Shown here one piece after another: positions 29,956 through 40,506 of a DNA stretch of 64,000 nt. This stretch comes from Chloropicon primus. Its lineage: Eukaryota. The position numbers and the translations under genes were made by a program. The notes below the pieces were generated by a model that was given only the letters and a program-made list of their open reading frames with translations, had not been told where the DNA came from and did not search any database. The stretch's first letter is position 1, and each line of letters starts with the position of its first letter. The stretch is from contig CP060771.1 of NCBI GenBank assembly GCA_023205875.1, positions 248,001-312,000 of the forward strand, written 5' to 3'.

Positions 29956-31317
29956 ATGGCGTCGACCCCAGGAGAAGGAGAAGACGAGGAGGGGCCATGG
30001 TACTGGCTGGGATACGGGAACGAGGTGAATGGCCCAGTCGCCGCTACCGTCCTCCGTTCTCTACTTGAACAAGGCAAGCTCCCCTTCTCACACAAAACTT
30101 TAGTCTGGCGCTGTGGCGTGTTTCATTGGTTGGAGCTCCACAACACCGAAGTCTTGTCGACGGTGGCGAATGCCAAGAGGAAGCGGGAGCCTCCTAATGG
30201 CGAGCACGAGTTCACGGATGACGACGGAACCCGTTACGAGTGGAGCGTTGCGTCGGGGAACTACGTTCCTGTCGTTGACGCCAAGGAAAAGAAGGGCAAG
30301 GGTGCCAAGGTTGGCATGGAGTCGTCTGCAGGGTACAGTATGGCGGAGATGACGTATGAGGAGGAGAATGCGGAGGTTGCGGCGGGTGGCCGAGGCAAGG
30401 ACAAGCCGTCCACGTCGGGATCTGGTCAAGGGAGCAAGGGTGGCGTGAATGAGGCCAAGGTTGGCGCGGCATTGGAGAGGGAAAGGCAGAGACAGAAGGA
30501 ACTGATGCAGGCGAAGAAGAGCAAGGAGGGTTGGTTCTCCATGTCGAACAACACGAGTGTGTACGTCAAGGGCTTGCCAGACAACACGACGGAGGAGGAG
30601 ATGGAAGAGTTCTTCAAAAAATGCGGCGTGATCAAGCTGGATGAGAACGGCAAGCCCAAGATCAAGATCTACACGGACGGGGAGACGGGCGAGCCCAAGG
30701 GTGATGGGCTCGTGACTTACCTCAAGGCTCCGTCGGTGGAGCTCGCTTGCCAGATCCTCGATGGTGCGCAGTTTAGGCCAGGCTCTGACGCTCTCAGCGT
30801 CGCGGCGGCTAAGTTTGAGATGAAGGGGGAGGCCTACGTGAAGAAGAAGAGGACGGCGACGGACGCGAAGAGAATTAAGAGGATGAAAGAGAAGCAGGAG
30901 CAGAAGGCACTTGACTGGAGCGGCTTTGACGATCCCGAGCACAAGTCCAAGGACGTGACCGCTATCATGAAGTACTTGTTTGATCCCAAAGAAGTTGAGC
31001 GGGGCGAGCAGAGCGAAGAAACCTTCTTCCGGGAGTTGGAGCAAGACATCCGGGAAGAGTGCGCGACCAAGTGCGGGGAAGTGAAAAAGGTGAAGATCTA
31101 TCGGTACAACCCCCAAGGTGTGGTCTCGGTCTGTTTCAAGCTCCCCCAGGCCGCCGCAAAGTGCGTCTCCATTATGCACGGGAGGTGGTTTGGCGGGAAG
31201 CAGATAGAAGCCGATTTGTTCGACGGCCACACCAACTACTTTGTGAAGAAGATGGAAGAGACGGAGGAGGAGCAGCAACGTAGGCTGGATCGATTTGCAG
31301 CTGATTTAGAGCAATAA
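29956..31317 (+). CDS. HTATSF1: Tat-SF1/CUS2 U2 snRNP-associated factor (GYF-like, RRM, UHM)
   Basis: WYWLG...NGP; FTDDDGTRYEW; NTSVYVKGLP; KIKIY...GEPKGDGLVTYLKAPSVELA; MHGRWFGGKQI; EEQQRRLDRFAADLE. Confidence 0.9.
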   Translation: MASTPGEGEDEEGPWYWLGYGNEVNGPVAATVLRSLLEQGKLPFSHKTLVWRCGVFHWLELHNTEVLSTVANAKRKREPPNGEHEFTDDDGTRYEWSVASGNYVPVVDAKEKKGKGAKVGMESSAGYSMAEMTYEEENAEVAAGGRGKDKPSTSGSGQGSKGGVNEAKVGAALERERQRQKELMQAKKSKEGWFSMSNNTSVYVKGLPDNTTEEEMEEFFKKCGVIKLDENGKPKIKIYTDGETGEPKGDGLVTYLKAPSVELACQILDGAQFRPGSDALSVAAAKFEMKGEAYVKKKRTATDAKRIKRMKEKQEQKALDWSGFDDPEHKSKDVTAIMKYLFDPKEVERGEQSEETFFRELEQDIREECATKCGEVKKVKIYRYNPQGVVSVCFKLPQAAAKCVSIMHGRWFGGKQIEADLFDGHTNYFVKKMEETEEEQQRRLDRFAADLEQ

Positions 31318-31327
31318 ATAATGGAAC

Positions 31328-32767
31328 TCATAACTTAATCGAAGACAACCGCAGCAATGCCGCGCCGTGGGGGCCCACCCTCATTTCGACCTTGTCGCAC
31401 TTCTTGCCCAGACTGCGCTTCTCGAAGACGTCCCTGACATCGGCGCAGCGGGTGGCGAGCGCACCTCCGCGGCCAAGCACGGAGAGGAATGCCCCTGCAA
31501 CGTCATCAAACTTGAATTCGAGTGTCTGCTCCGTCTCTCCCAGCTTGTTGACAAGGGCGATGGCAATGTCACCCCCAGAGAGAGGCCGGGCCCACACCTC
31601 GTGTTCCGAGGTCTCGGAACCCTTGATCCTCCACCCAGCCACGCCGTGCAGGTCTTGGTTGATCGCAATCATGTCCGCGTTCAGAAGGAGGGCCTTGGAA
31701 TCCTTTGGGACAGCTCTCAGGTCGTTTCCCATGATGAGGGGCGCATTGACAATGCTCCACACGGCCAACTGCAGCTTCTGCTGATCGAGAGTGATGCCTG
31801 GCGTGCCAACTATCAGCATGTCAGGATCGTTGTACTTGCCGCGTCCCGCTGCCTTGGAAAGGAATTCGCCGTACTCACCCCAATGGTTCACGATTGCAAG
31901 GAGGCGGGACCACCTGGGAAAAGCGATGTTAATTCACCAAGCGGCGTCAACGGCGGCAGGAGAGCGATTCACGAGCTTACCTGTCCAGGACGTCCTCCCA
32001 GTTTCGCCAAGTGACACAAGGAGATTGGACGATCTCATCGTAAGGCTTTGCCGTCTCGTTGTTGCCAAGATAGGCTGGCCAGCCGCAGCTATATTGAATC
32101 GGCCTCCCTGTGGCCCGAAGCGATTCACCGAGACTCGGGTAGTCGTCATCAAACGCACTAATCGATCTCTCATAGCAGCCGTCCACCTTGAGATAATCCA
32201 CTCCCCAGCTCGCGAAGGTTTTGGCGTCAACGTCGTAGTACCCACGAGAACCAGGGTAACCGCCACAAGTTAGCACACCAATGTCCGTGTAGAGTCCAAG
32301 CCTGATCCCCTTGCTGTGCATGTAATCGGCCAGCCCTGCGATGCCTTGAGGGAAGCGCGTCGCGTTCGGGACAAGGACGTTGCCCACACTACTCCTTTGG
32401 TCCTCCTGCCAACAATCGTCGATGTGTATGGTGTTGTAGCCCGCCTGGAGGTACCCCTCATCGGCCAAGATATCCGCCTGCGTCTTGAACAAGTGGGCAG
32501 AGATGCATTCCTCCCAACCCACAACGTCACACCTCAACTCACAACGAAAACTCTGTAGCATCAGGAAGAACAATCAAAAACATTGGTTTTGGTTTCAGTT
32601 CCAAGTCCCTCCAATCCAATCCACTCACCACGTTGGTTCATCCTCTTGCCGCTTACCTGCCACGACATCCATCCCATCGGTGGACCTTGTGCTGGCGGTG
32701 GACCAGGGGATGCCCCAATGCTCCAAGCCGATGCCAGGGTCACCATCAAGATGGCCACCATCACCAT
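31328..32767 (-). CDS. GH27 alpha-galactosidase / alpha-N-acetylgalactosaminidase, secreted; 3 exons (32767-32657, 32552-31981, 31913-31328)
   Basis: Signal peptide; PPMGWMSWQ|SFRC, IDDCW, RFPQGI, WGVDYLKVDGC, WRNWEDV, NDPDMLIVG, APLIMGNDLR; GT-AG introns join the frames. Confidence 0.92.
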
Positions 32768-33036
32768 GAGGAGGTTTCTCCTCACTTGGCGCTCGTCCAC
32801 GTTCCAAGTGTGGCACGTCAGAGAGGAGCTCGTGCTGGCGCCAAGAGGGAACGAGGGAGAGAGAGAGAGGAGAGGAGGAGACCGCGGTGAGGAAAGGGAC
32901 GGTGTTTTGATATCTTTCGGCATCAAGTTGAGGTCCTTGTCGTTCCACAGAGCCCTCACTTGAAGGGAATGGTGTCCTGTTGAGGATTGAAAAAGGAAGA
33001 CAAAGTCCATCGCATCGCAATCGCTGGAGTGGTAGC

Positions 33037-33609
33037 ATGGACCCCGTGGCATCTTGCAGCGGGTGCGAGCACGTGAAGAACTTCCTGGAGGCATCGCACT
33101 ACTACGCGTTGGATCTGAAGAGGGCGGGAAAGCCCTATCGACACGTTTTGCCGGAGAAAGATGCAGACGTTTGCTCCTCGAGTTTCCTCTCTCACTTCCA
33201 TGGAAGGGAAGATGTCTTTGGGTTTCAAAGTTTTGTGCACAAGGGGTCGAGCCAAGGAAGGAGGGACGGGCCTCTGAACTCATTTTGCCTCCAGATGTAC
33301 CGGGAGGACCCGATTCGTTTTCACAGCGTCCTTGCCGAGGGGAACGGCGCGGAGACTATGTGCTCGGTGCAATGTAACGCTTCCAAGAGCCTGACCTTGC
33401 TCGATAAGCTGGAGTACGCAACTTTTCACAAGGGCTCGAACCAATTGCTGCGGCTTGCTCCTTATGGCATCATGCTTCTCTTGCTCTTGGGCATGGTCTC
33501 GCACTATGGGTACACGTGCGCGAGGCGGGCGTGGGCTTGGTCCTTTGCGGGAAGACAAAAGGAGACCAACGCCTTGGAAAGGAAGAAGAAGAAGAAGAAG
33601 AAGACTTGA
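33037..33609 (+). CDS. Unknown Cys-containing protein with C-terminal TM helix and basic tail
   Basis: 190-aa ORF with gene-like codon usage, hydrophobic GIMLLLLLGMV and poly-Lys end; no family recognised. Confidence 0.55.
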   Translation: MDPVASCSGCEHVKNFLEASHYYALDLKRAGKPYRHVLPEKDADVCSSSFLSHFHGREDVFGFQSFVHKGSSQGRRDGPLNSFCLQMYREDPIRFHSVLAEGNGAETMCSVQCNASKSLTLLDKLEYATFHKGSNQLLRLAPYGIMLLLLLGMVSHYGYTCARRAWAWSFAGRQKETNALERKKKKKKKT

Positions 33610-33675
33610 TTGGGTCAGGATGATCGCGTTCCTTGTAAACAACAAAGGTGCTTGCTCGCTTTCTTAATAATTAAT

Positions 33676-36087
33676 TTATTTATCCCTGCCACCTCCTTTT
33701 GCCTTTCTCTTGTTGCTTAGTTTTATGCTGCTGGTGACGCTTTTCTTAGACTTGTTGTGCCCTCTGGGAGGACCGGAACTGGAGCCCTTCCTCTTGAGGT
33801 GGTCCCTGTACTGCTCCTTCTTCTTGCGCATCTTCCTGATCTCGCCCGCCGACCGAAGCTCGCTCCTCGCGTTCGAGTTCGCGACCTCCTTGGCGTGCCT
33901 CAACCCGAACTTTCTCTTGCTGGCCAGGGAAGTGTACGAAGACTGATTTGCTCGGCCGTCGGAATCAACTCCTTCCGATATGCTCGTCTTCGAAGTCTTC
34001 CTCCATTTGTTGTACAAGTCTCCCTTGGAGACCTCCACCCTCTTCCCACTCTCGTTCTTGAAAACACGCTTTCTCTTGTTCTTCTCCTCACCCTCCCTCA
34101 GGTGCACGTACTTCTTCTGCTTCGCGTCCCAGTAGTGCACCTTGCGGTTCTTGTTCATCTCCGACTCGTCCTCTCCGGTCATGTCCATGACAATGTCAGC
34201 AAACGAGGTCCCGGCAAACTTGTTCCCGTTAGAGCAACCCACGTCCGCGTGCTTGTTCGGTGGCTGGCTCGAAACGAAGTGAGACGAGTCCCTGAAATCG
34301 CTGTGAAAATTGTAGCTGGTCCCCTCTCCCGCCGTATCCATGTCGAGCTCGTCCAGCAAGCTCATCTTCTTCCTTGCCCTCTTGGATGCCGCCTTTTCCT
34401 TGCCTCCGTCCTCCTCCTCTGCCTCCTCCTTGTCCTCGGACGGCTCTGGCTCCTGGTTCTTTGTCTTTGTCTTCTCGATGTACTTGTCGTGGTGCCTCCT
34501 CTTCACCGTCATGAAGTCGCCTCCATTCGCCGCCGCTTGGCTGCGTTGGGTGTCTCCCTCAAGAATCGTTCGGTTGGGTCTGAACGTCTTCAGCATGTTC
34601 TGGTACTCGATCAGGGAGGCTTCGGCCTTGCCATCCCCAGAAATGAAGTTGAACAGGAACGGGTGCACGCTCTCCTTGTCCATCGCCTTGACCCGGCCAC
34701 AAGACTCCGCGCTTGCTCCTTGGCGCGACTTGAGGTACTGCTTGTACCCGCGGTTCGCAGTCTGCATCATGTTCTGCACGTCCGCGTCTTCCAACTTCAG
34801 CTTGAGGTACTCGAAGGCCGAGTCCAACACGCTCTGAGGAAACCTTCCAAAATAAGTAACTTCCTTGGACGAGAGCTCCTCGTCTCCGACGTCCTTCGTG
34901 CAGGGCTGCAACTTCCTTGCCAGGAACATGTGGAGATCCATCACGTAAGGCAGCTCCCCATCGTGCGTGACGAGCGAGAAGGCACACCCCGTCCTGCCCG
35001 CCCTGGCCGCCCTTCCCACCCGATGCACGAAGAGCTTTGGCCTCGCAGGAAAGTCGTAGTTGACAACGTTGTTAATCAGAGGGATGTCCACGCCCCTCGC
35101 TGCGACGTCTGTGACGACGAGGAGGTTCACCGAGCCGTTCCTAAAGGCGTTGATGTTGATGGTCCTGGCGGTTTGGTCCATGGACCCGTGGATGCCGTTG
35201 GCCTTCAAACCGCTGTCCCTGAAAATTTTCGTGATGAGCTCCACGTGGTGCTTGGTGGACACGAACACGATCGTCGACTCTTCGGAGGAAATGACCTCCT
35301 TGACGAGGAAAAGCAGAGCTCCGAGCTTTTCCCCGGACGAAACCGTGAAGAACCTCATCTCCAAGTCGTCCGATATTCTGCTCTCCGAGTCCAGCCGGAC
35401 CAGCTGGGGGTCCTTTAGGCCCGCGCTGGCGAATTCTGCCACCATAGCCGGCATAGTCGCCGAGAACAGAAGGCACTGCTTGCTCTCGTGCAGGCTCCTG
35501 AATATCCTCTTCACCTGGTCACTGAACCCGAGCTCAAACATCCTGTCCGCCTCGTCGATAACGACCATCCTCACGCTCTTCAAGTTGAAGCCATCGATCT
35601 CATCCATGTGATGGATCAGCCTTCCAGGAGTCGCGATGAGAACGTCAGGGTTGTCCGCGAGCTGAGCAAACTGCTCCTGCATCGAGTCACCTCCAATCAG
35701 CAAAGCAGCACGAAGGTCCGTGTACTTTCCAAAGTCCTCGGCAAACTTGAACGTTTGCATCGTCAGCTCCCTCGTCGGCGATAAGATCAGCGCCCGAGGC
35801 CCGGCCCCCGAGGTGTCGTGCTCCTTCAAACGATTCAGCACCGGAAGCATGAACGCAGCAGTCTTTCCCGAACCTGTTCTGCTCATGGCGACCACGTCGT
35901 GGCCCGCCTTCGCCAAAGGTATGGCCTTCCTCTGTATCGGCGTGGGAAGTCTGTAACCCTTTCGCTTCACCGCACGAAGGATGTCAGGCAAGAGGTTCAT
36001 GTTCTCGAACGTGCCGATGCCTCCGCGCCACTTCCCCTTCTTCCCTCCTCCTCCGCCACCGCCCTTCCCTTTGTCCTGAGGTGCCAT
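33676..36087 (-). CDS. DDX54: DEAD-box RNA helicase DDX54/DBP10 (ribosome biogenesis)
   Basis: PTPIQRKAIP, SRTGSGKTAAF, DEAD, SAT, HRVGRAARAG; C-terminal WDAKQKKYV...KNESG...LYNKW. ATG at 36087 follows a probable 5'UTR intron (donor ~36274). Confidence 0.92.
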   Translation of the reverse strand: MAPQDKGKGGGGGGGKKGKWRGGIGTFENMNLLPDILRAVKRKGYRLPTPIQRKAIPLAKAGHDVVAMSRTGSGKTAAFMLPVLNRLKEHDTSGAGPRALILSPTRELTMQTFKFAEDFGKYTDLRAALLIGGDSMQEQFAQLADNPDVLIATPGRLIHHMDEIDGFNLKSVRMVVIDEADRMFELGFSDQVKRIFRSLHESKQCLLFSATMPAMVAEFASAGLKDPQLVRLDSESRISDDLEMRFFTVSSGEKLGALLFLVKEVISSEESTIVFVSTKHHVELITKIFRDSGLKANGIHGSMDQTARTININAFRNGSVNLLVVTDVAARGVDIPLINNVVNYDFPARPKLFVHRVGRAARAGRTGCAFSLVTHDGELPYVMDLHMFLARKLQPCTKDVGDEELSSKEVTYFGRFPQSVLDSAFEYLKLKLEDADVQNMMQTANRGYKQYLKSRQGASAESCGRVKAMDKESVHPFLFNFISGDGKAEASLIEYQNMLKTFRPNRTILEGDTQRSQAAANGGDFMTVKRRHHDKYIEKTKTKNQEPEPSEDKEEAEEEDGGKEKAASKRARKKMSLLDELDMDTAGEGTSYNFHSDFRDSSHFVSSQPPNKHADVGCSNGNKFAGTSFADIVMDMTGEDESEMNKNRKVHYWDAKQKKYVHLREGEEKNKRKRVFKNESGKRVEVSKGDLYNKWRKTSKTSISEGVDSDGRANQSSYTSLASKRKFGLRHAKEVANSNARSELRSAGEIRKMRKKKEQYRDHLKRKGSSSGPPRGHNKSKKSVTSSIKLSNKRKAKGGGRDK

Positions 36088-36634
36088 CCTGCAGCCCTGC
36101 ATCACCAATCACACAACAATGACTTGTTCGTATCAGCTTATTCCAAAGTCGTCTCTTTCCGCGTGAGGGGTCTCTGGAGAGAGGAAAGCGTAACGCACGC
36201 AGTGGTTGATCTCCCTTCCATTGCCACCCTCGTCCTCATCCTGAGCATCGTCCACAACCTCCTCTGAACTTACCTCTTCTCTCTCTCTCGTCTTCCTTTT
36301 TGTCTGCAGCCGCCGAGCGATCAAAACTGCTCGAGGAGGAGAGAGATGATGGTGATGATGGTGATGGTGATGGTGATGATGGCAAGGGGGGGATGGTAGG
36401 GACAGGTGGCAATTCATCATGCCTTCTGTCCCTCCCTCCTTCTGCATACTCTTTCCAAACAGTTTCTCTCACTTGCTGGTGAAGAAAGGAAGGTGATCGA
36501 TGGCAACGGGGGCGAAGCCAGGACGATGGCGATGACGAGGGGTGATGCCTCTTTGCTGCCTTCCGGTGCCCGTGGACAAACTTTGTCTACAAAAAGTCTT
36601 TACAAGGATAATAATGCAAAAGGGAAAATATATG

Positions 36635-38491
36635 TTACGTCGTCAAGTAAGACTCCAGCTTCTTTTTGCTGGACTTCATCAGCTGCTCCTTTCTCAGAGT
36701 CATCAAGTTCTTGAGCTTGACCTTCTCCTGCAAGATAATCTCCTCGGCGATCTTGTCCGTCGTCCTGGCCTTGGGCATGTCCAGGCTCTCTTCCTTGAGG
36801 AGCTGGTACACTTGCCTCTCCACCTCCTCCATGGTCTTCTGAGCGTCAAGCTGCCCCAGCAGCTCGAGCTCGCCCTCCTCCTTCGGGTCAGACCTTACGG
36901 GGCTGCTGTAGGTCTCGGCAAACGGCAGAGGAGTGTTGTTCATGGGGGTGTAGAACGCCTCGTAAGCGTCTGTCACAGACCCAGCATCACTCCGAGGGCT
37001 GCCGTCCCTGCGATGATGTGCGTGCTTGGGTTTCCTCGACGGTCGTCCGACATCAGGCGTGGCTTCCTTGAACATCAAGTACTTCTCCTGGTACCCCGCC
37101 CTCGTCTTCTTCTCGGTCCTCAAATCGCGCTGAAGGTCGTCCACCTCGCACTCCATGTCCAGGACCTTCAAAGTCAGCGCCTTGTTCTCCGCTACGAGCG
37201 ATTGGTTTTTCGCCTGCGTCTCATCCATCCTTTGCTTTTGAGTGCTCCGCCACTCGGACAAAGTTCCTTGCAGGGCGTGAAGAATGAGTTGAGAGTTCTC
37301 CAGCTGCTTCTTGATCCTCGAAACTTCCATCTTCAAGCTCTTCACGTCCCTCACCGCACCTGTCGCGATCGCGGAGAACTCCTCGAAGGACTGCTTCGAC
37401 GTTCCGAGAATCTCCTCAAGGAGGTCGCTGATGCCGACGTCGCCCAGGCCAACCAAGTTCCTCTCCATGCTGTCGACCACGAAGTTGAGCTCCGTGTTCT
37501 CCTGGCCTACCCTCGCGATGAGCTCGCCCTTGGAAGCCAACTCGGTCTCCAGCTGCTTGTTCCTTTGGCGAAGGTCTGAGGATGTCACCTCAAGGTCCCT
37601 CTCCAGCTGCTCCTTCTCTCCACTCAACTTGGTGATCTGGCTCCTGCTCGTGCCCTCCATCATCGAGCACTGCCTCTGCAAGTTCTCAATCTCCAAGCTG
37701 AGGGACTTGAAGTGCTTCTCGTACTTGATCTTCAGCTCCTGGGAGGCGGACTCGAACGCGCGCTGCTCCTTCTGATGGAGGCCTTCCTGCATGTCGTACT
37801 TCTCCTTCACTTCGACGTACTTGAACCTCATCTCCTCAAGCTCGGTCTCCCTCTCGTACTTTTGGTACTCGATCGCGAGCCTCTCCGCATCGATGAGGTC
37901 GTTGGCGTTCTGCAACTTCTCGCAAATTGTGCGCTGGTTGCGCAGGAGGCGCTCTGCCTTGCCCGACTCGCACTTCTCCGCGATCCCGTCCACGAGCAGG
38001 TGAGTGATGCACGAGCACAGCTCGAATGCACTCTCCCTGGCTTGCCTTCGGTGAGATTCCCTGAGAAGCTCGTTCGTTCTCTCCAGGGACACCACTGCAT
38101 TGTGCAACTCTTTCTCCTTTGCGTTCAATCGAGCCCTCTCAATCACGTTGTACAGCTTCGCTTCGAGCTCGTCCCTGGGTTTGTCCTCGTCGTCCGCTCG
38201 CCCTGCCTCCGTCAACTCCACCTTCACCACGGCCTCGCTTTCTTCCACGAGGTCAACCCTCACCTCAGACGTAGTAACGGGAGAATCTTCCACTGTCATG
38301 CCTCTCCTCTCCTCCTCCACCACCACCTCCTCCTCCACCTCCTCCGCGTTCACCGGTGCCGAGGTCGTAGGGGTTCCGCATTCCTCTTCTGCCTTCTCCT
38401 TCTCCTTGATCGGGGGACTCTTGATGGACTCGTAGTTGTTCCCGCCCTCCACACGTCCCTCCGCTTGCTTGCTCGGCCCACAGTTCCCCAT
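36635..38491 (-). CDS. Long coiled-coil protein with predicted N-myristoylation/palmitoylation (MGNC)
   Basis: MGNCGPSK start; E/K/L-rich heptad pattern over about 300 aa; no family recognised. Confidence 0.7.
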   Translation of the reverse strand: MGNCGPSKQAEGRVEGGNNYESIKSPPIKEKEKAEEECGTPTTSAPVNAEEVEEEVVVEEERRGMTVEDSPVTTSEVRVDLVEESEAVVKVELTEAGRADDEDKPRDELEAKLYNVIERARLNAKEKELHNAVVSLERTNELLRESHRRQARESAFELCSCITHLLVDGIAEKCESGKAERLLRNQRTICEKLQNANDLIDAERLAIEYQKYERETELEEMRFKYVEVKEKYDMQEGLHQKEQRAFESASQELKIKYEKHFKSLSLEIENLQRQCSMMEGTSRSQITKLSGEKEQLERDLEVTSSDLRQRNKQLETELASKGELIARVGQENTELNFVVDSMERNLVGLGDVGISDLLEEILGTSKQSFEEFSAIATGAVRDVKSLKMEVSRIKKQLENSQLILHALQGTLSEWRSTQKQRMDETQAKNQSLVAENKALTLKVLDMECEVDDLQRDLRTEKKTRAGYQEKYLMFKEATPDVGRPSRKPKHAHHRRDGSPRSDAGSVTDAYEAFYTPMNNTPLPFAETYSSPVRSDPKEEGELELLGQLDAQKTMEEVERQVYQLLKEESLDMPKARTTDKIAEEIILQEKVKLKNLMTLRKEQLMKSSKKKLESYLTT

Positions 38492-39427
38492 CGTCCAAGC
38501 ACCTTCCTCAGTCACCTCCACCCCTCTCCCTCTCTGTCTCTCTCAAGCAGGAGCCCAGAACCTTTGGGCACCAAGAGTCTATCCGCAGGACGTCGGAGGG
38601 ATCAACCGAGGGTCACCAATCGAATGATATCTATACGCTCGTTCTCATGTGCAGCAAAGTAACCTCTCGCTCTGCCGCTACCTCGACTTTGCCTTGGCCT
38701 CCCTCACTCCTGTGTCCAGGTGTCTGCAAGAACAAGGCAAAGACAACCCAAGTTTCAGTCCAAGGTCCAGTCTTTCAGTCAGTCAATCCTTTCAAGCGAG
38801 CGCACACCGAAAGATGAAGACACGTGACGTCCACCTGTTGCTCTCCATCGCGTCACAAGCCTCGTCCTCGTCCTCCACAGTGTCTCAACCCACGTGTGTC
38901 ACAGCCAGGAACAAGGCAAAGGCGACCCAATTCATTGTCTTCCATCGTCAACACTTGGCCAAACTCGACAAGTGAGGGCATTTTCGAAAGCGCAAGAGAC
39001 AACGGTTCCATCTGTTTGCCTCTCCTTCGTCATTGTCTTCGTTCTGGTCGTCATTACCGACGTCACTTACCTCCCTCCCGGTCCTCCTGGGTTCAACTGT
39101 CCATGGGGTCAATTGAAGGGGCGGCTCGAAGGAGAGAACCAAACGACGGAGGTACGCGAGCGCGAGCGAGGACACGACGACGCGGGCGTCGCAATTTCGG
39201 GACGAGGAGGAGGAGAAGGAAGAGACGCAACGCTACGAGACGCAACGTAACGCAGCACTCCTCCTCCTCCTCCTCCTCTTCCCCCAATTCTGCTTTGCTT
39301 CGAGGAAGGGAAAGGGAACGAAGGGCATGAAGAAGAAACCTGACTCGATTCTCATTCTTTTTCTTCTTCTTCTTTTGTTTTGCCCAGAGAGGAGAGGGTT
39401 TCGTGAGGTGATAGAGAGGAGGCAATC

Positions 39428-40006
39428 ATGTCGAAGGTGAGTGCAGCTTCCTCGTCCTCGCCCTCGTCCTTGGAGGATGCCCGAGCAAAGGAGAGAGAGA
39501 GAAGAGGCCTCCTCTCTTTTTTTTTTTCTTCTTCCTTGAGGGTTGCCAACTGACCCGTGGTTTGGTTTCGTCCATTGCTTCGCTTTGTTCTGCTCCTCGC
39601 TTTCCTTCTCTCTCTCTCTCTCTCTCTATGTGTGTGTGTGTGTCAGGTGTTCGGTGCTCTGATGGAGCCTTTTCATAGAGTCGTGGGTGGCTGGTACAGG
39701 AAGCAGGTGCAGAAGGAGCTCGTCAAGTACGGCTTGAGGTACGACGACTTGCTTGACCCCAAGATGAACTTGGACGTCAAGGAGGCTTTGAACCGTCTGC
39801 CTCAGAGAGAGGTTGACCTTAGGAACCAGAGGATCAAGCGTGCGGTTGATCTGTCCTTCAAGCACGCGTCACTCTCGTCGGAGATGCAAAAGCAGCAAAC
39901 TCCATTTAACTTTTACTTGAAGCCAATGGTGGAGAGGATCGAGGCTGAGAACGCCGAGAGGGCTGAGTTGGGAACGGGTAAGCCATACGATAGACAGATC
40001 CCTTGA
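39428..40006 (+). CDS. QCR7: Cytochrome bc1 complex subunit 7; 2 exons (39428-39436, 39647-40006)
   Basis: KYGLRYDDL, DVKEALNRLP, RNQRIKRAVDLSFKH, QTPFNFYL, PYDRQIP; only 9 coding nt (ATG TCG AAG) precede the GTGAGT donor. Confidence 0.92.
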
Positions 40007-40506
40007 TTGTTTTTGTTGTGGCAACACACACACACACACACACAGATATAGTAAAAAAAGAAGCTGCTAGTTCATATACACCAAGCTTATCATCGGCATC
40101 AGCACCGTTGCCGCGGGGCGCTTTGTCTCTCTGCTACGGGGTTGCTGTGAGCCTGCGGCACCTCTTGCAATTGGTGGGGCAGGTGGCCAGACAGAGGAAG
40201 AACGAGCGGGGGAGAGGTTTCGTGCCCCTCTTCTCCTCGTCGCTCACTTTGGCCCTTCACCACCATCACCATTCTCTCCCTTGTGCCTTGGGGAAATCGT
40301 GGTGGAAGAAGTGACGAACTTAAATCACCTCGGAGGATTGATCCTTGTCCCTCGCTACCCTTCACCATCCATCCACCCACCACCTCCCTCTCTCGTATCC
40401 CTCTTCGTCCAGAGGCGTTCAGCCGCCACTCCCTCGAGAGAAGGCGATCGATTGGTGTCGCGTCACGGAGCAGCGAGCGGTACCCTTAGGACACGGAGGA
40501 GAAAGC

